Assembly: GCA_004431415.1 (NCBI GenBank) | Contig: QPMI01000220.1 | Location: 1-64,000 of the forward strand | Direction: 5' to 3' | Source of the DNA: Cyanophora paradoxa CCMP329 | Lineage: Eukaryota > Plantae > Glaucophyta | Length of the DNA stretch: 64,000 bases | Shown: in pieces, positions 52,816 to 64,000 of the stretch | Position numbering within the stretch: position 1 is the first letter of the stretch | Layout of the letters: each line of letters starts with the position of its first letter | The notes under the pieces: generated by a model | What the model saw: only the letters and a program-made list of their open reading frames with translations | Told to the model about the DNA's origin: nothing | Database searches by the model: none | Position numbers and translations under genes: made by a program

Positions 52816-55800
52816 CTACGTGCGGGGCGAGTAGACGTACGCGGTGGAGCGGTCCACGTACGAGCGGTGGATCACCTGCGGCCCCCATCAAATGAAAGTA
52901 CGAGAGGGGCGGGGACAGAAGGGCGGGCCTGGCGGCCCTGGCGGCGGGTGCGGTCGAGGACGCGGCGGGAGACGGCCTCCTCGAAGCCGTTGTCCACCAG
53001 CACCCGCACCAGGTCCTCCTCCCGCACCCCCCGCTCCAGGCTGCCCCGGGCTCAGGCGAGGAGGACGGGGGAGGACGGGGGAAGGGGAGGGAGGGGGCCA
53101 CTTGGTGTGGATCCAGGCGAGCCAGTCGTCGTACAGGCGCCCGCTCATCCTGCGCGCCCCGCCCCCCAGACCCGCCTCAGGAGAGAGCCCTCGGGGCGAG
53201 CGAGCTTGCAAGCGTCAGGGAGAAAAGAAGGGCGGGACCGGTCGTAGAGGTCCTGGAAGGTGACGACGCCGTCCGCGTCCTTGTCCGCGCTCTGCGCCCC
53301 CCGCCCTCAGCCACGCGCCCCCGAGGCCGCGCGGGGCAAGAGGGGCGAAGCGGAGGCCTTCTCTCGGCCCCCGGTAGGCCTAGGTCCGCGCCCGGCGCAG
53401 GTGCCCGAAAGAGGGCCTGGGAGACCCGGGCGGGGGGGCGGGGGCGGGCGGACCATGAACCAGGCGACGTAGTCCTCGATGTCCTCCGCCTTCGCCTCGT
53501 CCGCCTCCAGCACCTGCACCCGTTACCCCCCCAAGGGTCGCCCGGGAGGGGGGGCGAAGAGGGGGGGTTCGCGAACCTTGCGGACGTCCTCCTCGGTGAC
53601 GAGGCCGCGGTTCGGGAAGCCGACGTCGAACTGCGGCGCGCGCGCGCGTGGGCGGGCGGCGTACCCCCGGGATCGCGCGGTACCCCCCGCGCACCTTCTT
53701 GAACTCGGCGACGACGTTGAGGTCGACGTGGCGGCGGGACTTGCGCATCAGCAGGAACTGCGCGCGCGCGCGCCCCGGCCTCAGGCTCGCTCGGAAAGGG
53801 ACGGCCTCAGGCTCGCTCAGATCGGACCTCGGAGAAGTCGATGGCGCCGTCGCCGTTAAGGTCCCCCGCAGCAAAGACCGCCCGCAGCTTCTCCGCCGAG
53901 GGGTACAGCTGCCCCCGCCCGCTTCAGAAAGGGGCGGAGGAAGGGAGCGGGTGCGGGTGCGGGGGCGGGCCTGGAGGGAGCGCATGATGGTGCGGACGTC
54001 GTGGATGCGCACCAGCCCGTCCTTGTCCTGCCGCCCCGCCCCGCGCTTAGTTCAAAGCCGAGGCGGGGGAGCAGGGGCGGGGCGGGGCGCAGGGCACCAG
54101 GTCGAACTTGGAGAAGAGGCGCAGCGCCGCCGGGATCGACTCCGCGTGCACCGGCCGCTGCGGGGGTACAGGATCGCGGTGGACGGGGGCGGAGCGAGCG
54201 AGCGGGGGGTACGGGATCGGACCTGGACGGTGTCGTACGTGAGCTTGAACTCGTCCTCGAGCTCGCCCTCGCCTGCGGTGCGGGGGGAGGTGAGGGGGCG
54301 GCCTCGGGGCGGCTCCAGGCGGGGCGCACCGGGGAGGGGCTGGGGCGGGGGCCCCGCGGCCTGCCCGGGCTCGGGCGTCTGCGGCGGCTGCGGCGACGCC
54401 GGCCCCAGCACCTGGCCCCGCACCCGCGTCGGCGCGGGCGGATGGCGGAGAGAAGGGGCGCGGGGCGCGGGCGGGCACCGTGACTTGCGGGATGTACTGC
54501 TTGCCCAGGCCGAGCTGCCCGCCGCCTTGCGCCGGGATGGACACCGCAACCACTGCCGCCCGCACTCGCATCCGGAGGGGCCCGGGGGCGGGGCGCGCGC
54601 ACGGTCGCTGCCGTCGCCGTCCTGCCCGGCCGCCTCCCGCGGGGACCGCCGCCCCTGCGCGTGCGGCGCCGCCGCGCCCCAGTCGCCTCCCGCGCCACCA
54701 GCTCCAGGATCTCCTCTGGCGTGTACCGTGAGAGGCGCCGGGGCACGGGTACGGGAAGCGCCGGAGGGGGTACCGCTGGGACGTCGAGGGCCTGGTAGGG
54801 GTCGTCGATGACGCCGTTCGGGCCGGCGCGGAGGCCGTTCGCGAGCCACCTGCGGGCCGGCCGCCGCGGTCAGGGGCGCGAGGGCGGGGGCGGGGCGGGG
54901 GCGGGGCGGGCCTGGACTGGCGGGCGCGCAGCTCGCGGATGCCGGGGCCGGAGTCCATCACCGGCTCCTGCGTCCGCGCCCTCCGCCGCGCCCCGGGGCC
55001 GCTGCCGCGCCCGTCAGCGCCGGAGGCGAGGTGCAGCGGGGCGGGGCGGGGCGGGCGGGGCGCGCTGGGGGACGGCGTGCGGGCTGAGGGCGATGCCGTG
55101 GATCATCTCCCGCAGGAGGCCAGGCTCGACCGAGGGCGAGGGCCCCAGGGGCGGCCGCCCCGCGGCGCCCGGGCCGGCGAGCCGGCGGGTCGGCGGTACC
55201 CGGGGCGCGAGGAGGAGCCCGGGGTGCGCGGGGGGGAGCTCAGCGCGGGGGAGTACATGAGGTCCTCGGGGTCGAAGGAGGGCGGGGCCGGGGGGACGAG
55301 GCGGGGTAGCTGCGCCGGGCGGAGGGCGGCGCGCGGGGCGTGGCGGCGGAGGGCGACTCGCGGGCCTCCCGCGGGGTGATGCGGCGGACGGTGAGCGCGG
55401 GCCGGCCTCGCCCGACGAGCGGCGGCGCGCGGAGGAGGCGGAGGGCGGCGTGAAGGGCGAGCGGGAGAGGGCGGAGAGGTCGAGCGAGGCCGAGGGGCGC
55501 GGCGGCGGCGTCGAGGGCGGCCCGAAGCCTGGGCCCGCGCCCCCGCCCCTGGCGCCGGCTGCTGCTGCGGGTGGTGGGCGTGCGCGAGGCCGTGGGCCGC
55601 GTGGGCGGGCGCCGGCGCCGTCGCGGGGCGGACGACGGAGAAGGGCGGGGCGGGGCCCAGCGCCTCCCTCGATGCCGCCCTCGCTGCGGCCGCCACGGAT
55701 CCCTTCCGCGGGGAGGGCCCGTCGGGCGAGGCGCTGGGGGGGCGGCGGGGCGGGGGCGGGGGCGGGTGCGGCGGGGCGCCCCGCCCGGAGCCGACGACGA

Positions 55801-56528
55801 GCAGGTCCTCCACCTCGTACACCCCCATCGAGGAGAGCGGCCGCTGCCCGCCGGCCGGGTGCGAGTAGCTCACGACCCCGTGCGTCGGCAGCGCGTTCGG
55901 CTGGGAGGCCCAGGAGAAGAGGGGCGCGGGGGGCGAGAGCGGCGCGGCCGCCGGGCCGTGGGCGGGGGGCAGCCGCAGCACGGGCTGGTTCAGCTGCTTG
56001 GGCGGCGGCAGGTGCGCCAGGGCCTGCGCCGCAGGAGGCGGCTCCGGCGGGTGCTTGGGCGCCCGCTTCTCCTTCTGCGAGTCCTTCCGCTCGGCGCTGT
56101 GGGCCCGGTAGCCGACGACGGTGGGCGGCTGGGCGTGCGCATCGTACGCAGCCTCGCTGACGCTGATGAGCGTGTCGAATATGTGCCGCTCCTTGGCGTT
56201 GCGGGCGCCCGGCGAGTCGGCGGCCTGCTCGCGCGGGGACTGGAGGTCCCCGCTCGGCGGCTGCTCGCCGGGCTGGTCTCCGGGTTTCTGGCGCCTGACG
56301 GAGCCGGCCTGCTGCTTGCCTATAGATGAGGCTGGCTGGATGCCAATTGGAGGGCCTTCCGCAAGGCTGCGAGGAACCACGTCAGAGGGGGAGCGCGAGA
56401 ACCCTCGTCAGGGAGAAGGTTCCGCGCGGCGCAGTGCATGCAAGCGGTGGCTCGCGCTACGGTTCTAGCTATGGCTCGTTCTGGCCTGCGGCGGGGAGTA
56501 AGCACCTAGCTTGCGCCTCCTCGACCAT
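52816..56528 (-). CDS. EF-hand (calmodulin/centrin-like C-terminus) protein with long Pro-rich N-terminus
   Basis: FSKFDLDKDGLVRIHDV, GDLNGDGAIDFSEFL, FDVGFPNRGLVTEEDV, ADKDADGVVTFQDL. Start uncertain. Confidence 0.75.
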
Positions 56529-57215
56529 CACGTGGCTTTGATCTCAGCCGAATCTCTAGATCCGCTGCCGGGGCTCGATGGCTCGGTTTGCTGGCAGCTG
56601 GCTGAGTGGGGGGGTACGTTAGAGTTAGAGTTCGGCGCCACGCAAATTAAAGTCGAAGGCAAGCCGTGCGCCGCGATCGCCGCAGCCTCCCAAAGCGATT
56701 TTAATGGGATGCGCAGTTCTCACGCGGCACGATGAATCCCGGTGACCGAGTCCCGCCCGGCTACAAGGCCAACGCTGGAATTTTCGAGCGAGGAGGCACG
56801 CGGGTGCGCGTACGCAATGCGCGTATGCTGCGCGTCGTCGCAGATCGGGCGCGTGGCGCGGTCCCCGGGCGCCTGCGATAAAATTTGTCTCCCGCGCGCG
56901 CGGGCGCTTGCAATTGATCGATATCGCGATAGCGGCTAAATGTCATCTGAGACTCATTTTCTATTTTTCGGGCGGCTGAATCCACCGCTCCAACTCCTCC
57001 TATCGCCTTGAGCTTCCCAAATCGAATTCTGCACGCGCGTCTCGCTTATCTGCTTCGCGCAGACACGGGCACTTCTCGCGGGCGGCGCTGTCGCTGGGAT
57101 GCTCGGCTGGTGGTACTGGAACGCGGGCCCAAGCCACGTCCCCCTCTACAAGCAGTCGCCCCGGTCTGCTTTTGCGCATGCATATGCGCATGCGCGCATG
57201 CGCGCCTCGGTTGTG

Positions 57216-57533
57216 ATGCCTGCAGCTCAATCGCGTGCTCATGGGCGCAGCTCGCATTCGAAGGCAGACTTCGCAACGGAGCCTTCGAACACGGACGATA
57301 AAACGCCCTCGAAGGTCCGTCGAACTCTGTCTCGAGCTCTCACAGCGATCATCGGATCCCGCACGCCTGCGGTCTAATCGCGCCCTTGCTTCGCACAGAT
57401 GCCCTATGGAAAGTCGTACATGCACGTCCACGACATCCACTCGCAGCCGCCGACGAACAAGGCGAACCCGGAGTCGCCCTCGCCGCCCATCCTCGACACG
57501 AACCGGACGCCCGACTTCATGAAGAAGAAGTGA
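57216..57533 (+). CDS. Small two-exon hypothetical protein
   Basis: MPAAQSRA...DDKTPSK | gtccgt...cacag | MPYGKSYMHVHD...TPDFMKKK*; in-frame intron with the typical donor. Confidence 0.45.
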
Positions 57534-57741
57534 AGGGCGCGGGGCCGGCCAGCTCTTGTTCCGCACCTTGTAATTTAATATAATTAAGCTTCGATCGCGA
57601 TTAACGTCGAATATTACTCGTCCGTAATCGACATTTGTCCGTAATTGCTATACACATCTCATTTGGATAATATATCTTCGATATTACTTAGTTCAGAGAA
57701 GAGAGAAATCCAATAGCTAGGGTCGCTGCTGACTCAGTGAG

Positions 57742-58563
57742 CTAGCTGCGGTCCCGGGGGGCGTCTGTAGACGAAGGATACCTAGGGGCCCCTGCCGAGC
57801 CGCCCGTGCGGTTCGAGGCGGCCCGGGGCGCCTGGGAGCTGGCTGTGGAGGAGCGGTGGCTCGCGGCCGCGGGGAGGTTCGAGGCGGGGCCTCCGGGCGC
57901 CCCTCTTATGTCCGAGTAGCCGAGCGCCGCGGTTCTCCCGAGCGCGGCGGCTCCGGGACCGGCGCGGTAGACCGGGTGATTCCAGTGGCGCGCTGGCTGC
58001 GGCGCAGGGCGGCGCGGGGGGAGCGCCGGGACGCCGCCGGAGCGGGAAGTGGGGGCGGAGGGGGCGGCCGGGAGATGGGAGGAGAGGGGGCCGCGGGTGG
58101 AAGCCGGGTAGTGCGCGGACGCTCCGGAGACGCGCGCGTCGGCCGCTTCCCAGATCGGGACGGGCGCGGGGGGGTGGGCGCGGGCGGAGAGGACGCGGTG
58201 GACGTCGCCTACGGACTCCCCGAGCAGGCGATCGTTCTGCCCCAGCCGGTTCCTGCCGCCGCGCTCAGCGAAGACGGGAGGCGGCCGCAGCACAGGAGCG
58301 CACTGGAAGCTGACGAGCTGCTGGTGCGTTGCACGGAGCTTGCGATCCACGTCATCCTCCGCATGTGCGTGAAGAGCCCGAATCTCCATGCGCCGCCTCG
58401 TGATCTGCAAAGCGTGCGTTTAGCTGCGGGCGAAGCAGCAGCGACGATCGAAACGGCCGCCGACCTCGAGGTGGTCTTCGATCATCCTCCCGAGCTTTGA
58501 GACTTTGCTTTGTTTGCCCCGGAGCTCCCGCAGCTCGCGTGCTGCTTGCAGCTCGGGGTCCAT
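57742..58563 (-). CDS. Hypothetical protein (N-terminal coiled coil, Pro/Ser-rich tail)
   Basis: MDPELQAARELRELRGKQSKVSKLGRMIEDHLE | intron | ITRRRMEIRAL...; typical introns. Confidence 0.55.
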
Positions 58564-58704
58564 TGCACATTGAAATCGACGCGCGCAAGCTGAGGCGCGG
58601 ACAGGGTTTGCTGTAGCTAGCTTCGAGAGAGCAAGACAGCTTCGCGCTCGCCGCTCGTTGCTCGACCTCGCCTGGGTACGCTGTTCTGACTCACTGGGTA
58701 CTCG

Positions 58705-63407
<4,703 letters not shown>

Positions 63408-63794
63408 ACCTAGCCGTAGGAATGTTCTCCGGTGGAATGTAGCAGTAGTTGATCAAGTGCGCGGTGCTCCCGCTTGCGACGGTAGGTAGCGGGCGATCAA
63501 ATTCGAGGAGGGGGCAACTCTTCGCAGGGGTACACACACGAGGCTTAACATTTCGGGCGATTAGCTCCAGGCCGCTCCAGCGCACGTAGAAGCATAGGAG
63601 CCTTGGAGATAGCTTGTAGGATAGGAATCTGCATCTCCTGAGCGCACGCGTGGGCGAATCTTGGGAGGGACAGGTTTGGTGCAGCGACTCAGGTTAGCTG
63701 CGCGCGCCGGGAGGACGCAGATCCAGGAGCGCTAGATTTCCTGTAGCCAGCTTAGCAGGCAGGCGCTTGGCCGGCACGCTGCATCTCGCCCGAG

Positions 63795-64000
63795 ATGGCG
63801 GGGGTCGGCGCCTCGCCGTCTGTGGCCCTGCACTTCGGCCTGCTTGGAGAAGTTAAGGCCGGACGGTGAGCGCCCCTCCCTACGCGTTGCGCCCGGGAGG
63901 GGCTGACTTGGCTGCGACCGCTTGCTGCAGCACGGCCGTCCTTGAGCAGCTGAAGCTCTTCTGCGGGCGGCTCATACGAGGTGAGCGCTGCGTCCTTGCT
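63795..64000 (+). CDS. 5' end of a spliced gene (unknown; faint resemblance to the Med18 N-terminus), truncated by the window
   Basis: ATG at 63795: MAGVGASPSVALHFGLLGEVKAGR | gtgagc...gcag | TAVLEQLKLFCGRLI. Confidence 0.45.

Noticed and set aside
57610-57650. GTCCGTAAT repeats matching the ATTACGGAC repeats near 3860
   Set aside because: Only two 9-bp matches, insufficient to call a shared element.

Overview
Very GC-rich eukaryotic nuclear DNA. It is gene-dense, with very many short (~45-130 nt) spliceosomal introns, so most entries in the six-frame ORF track are artefacts; gene models here were spliced by hand. Two genes have Phe-initial N-terminal extensions (MTASF..., MAGF...) on plastid-type proteins, suggesting a glaucophyte or red-lineage-type alga (inference). 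About 19 protein genes are supported: a Ser/Pro-rich unknown, a PX-BAR sorting nexin, a Yak1/DYRK kinase, a large SWIM-zinc-finger protein, an OAC1-like mitochondrial carrier with C-terminal EF-hands, a degenerate stand-alone ABC NBD, a SOX/MATA-type HMG-box factor, an SRPBCC cyclase, a C2-CaaX protein, a HIG1 protein, PrmA, ALDH7, an EF-hand protein, XPB and several unknowns. Mobile DNA comprises two hAT-type MITEs with 8-bp TSDs, one TA-TSD MITE and a poly(A)-tailed retroposon with an 18-bp TSD. The most striking signals are: (1) about 28% GC-AG introns with a G(T/C)(G/C)CGC donor consensus; (2) the carrier with C-terminal EF-hands; (3) intergenic DNA built from tandem short palindromes; (4) a pseudo-ATPase ABC domain with no transmembrane domain.
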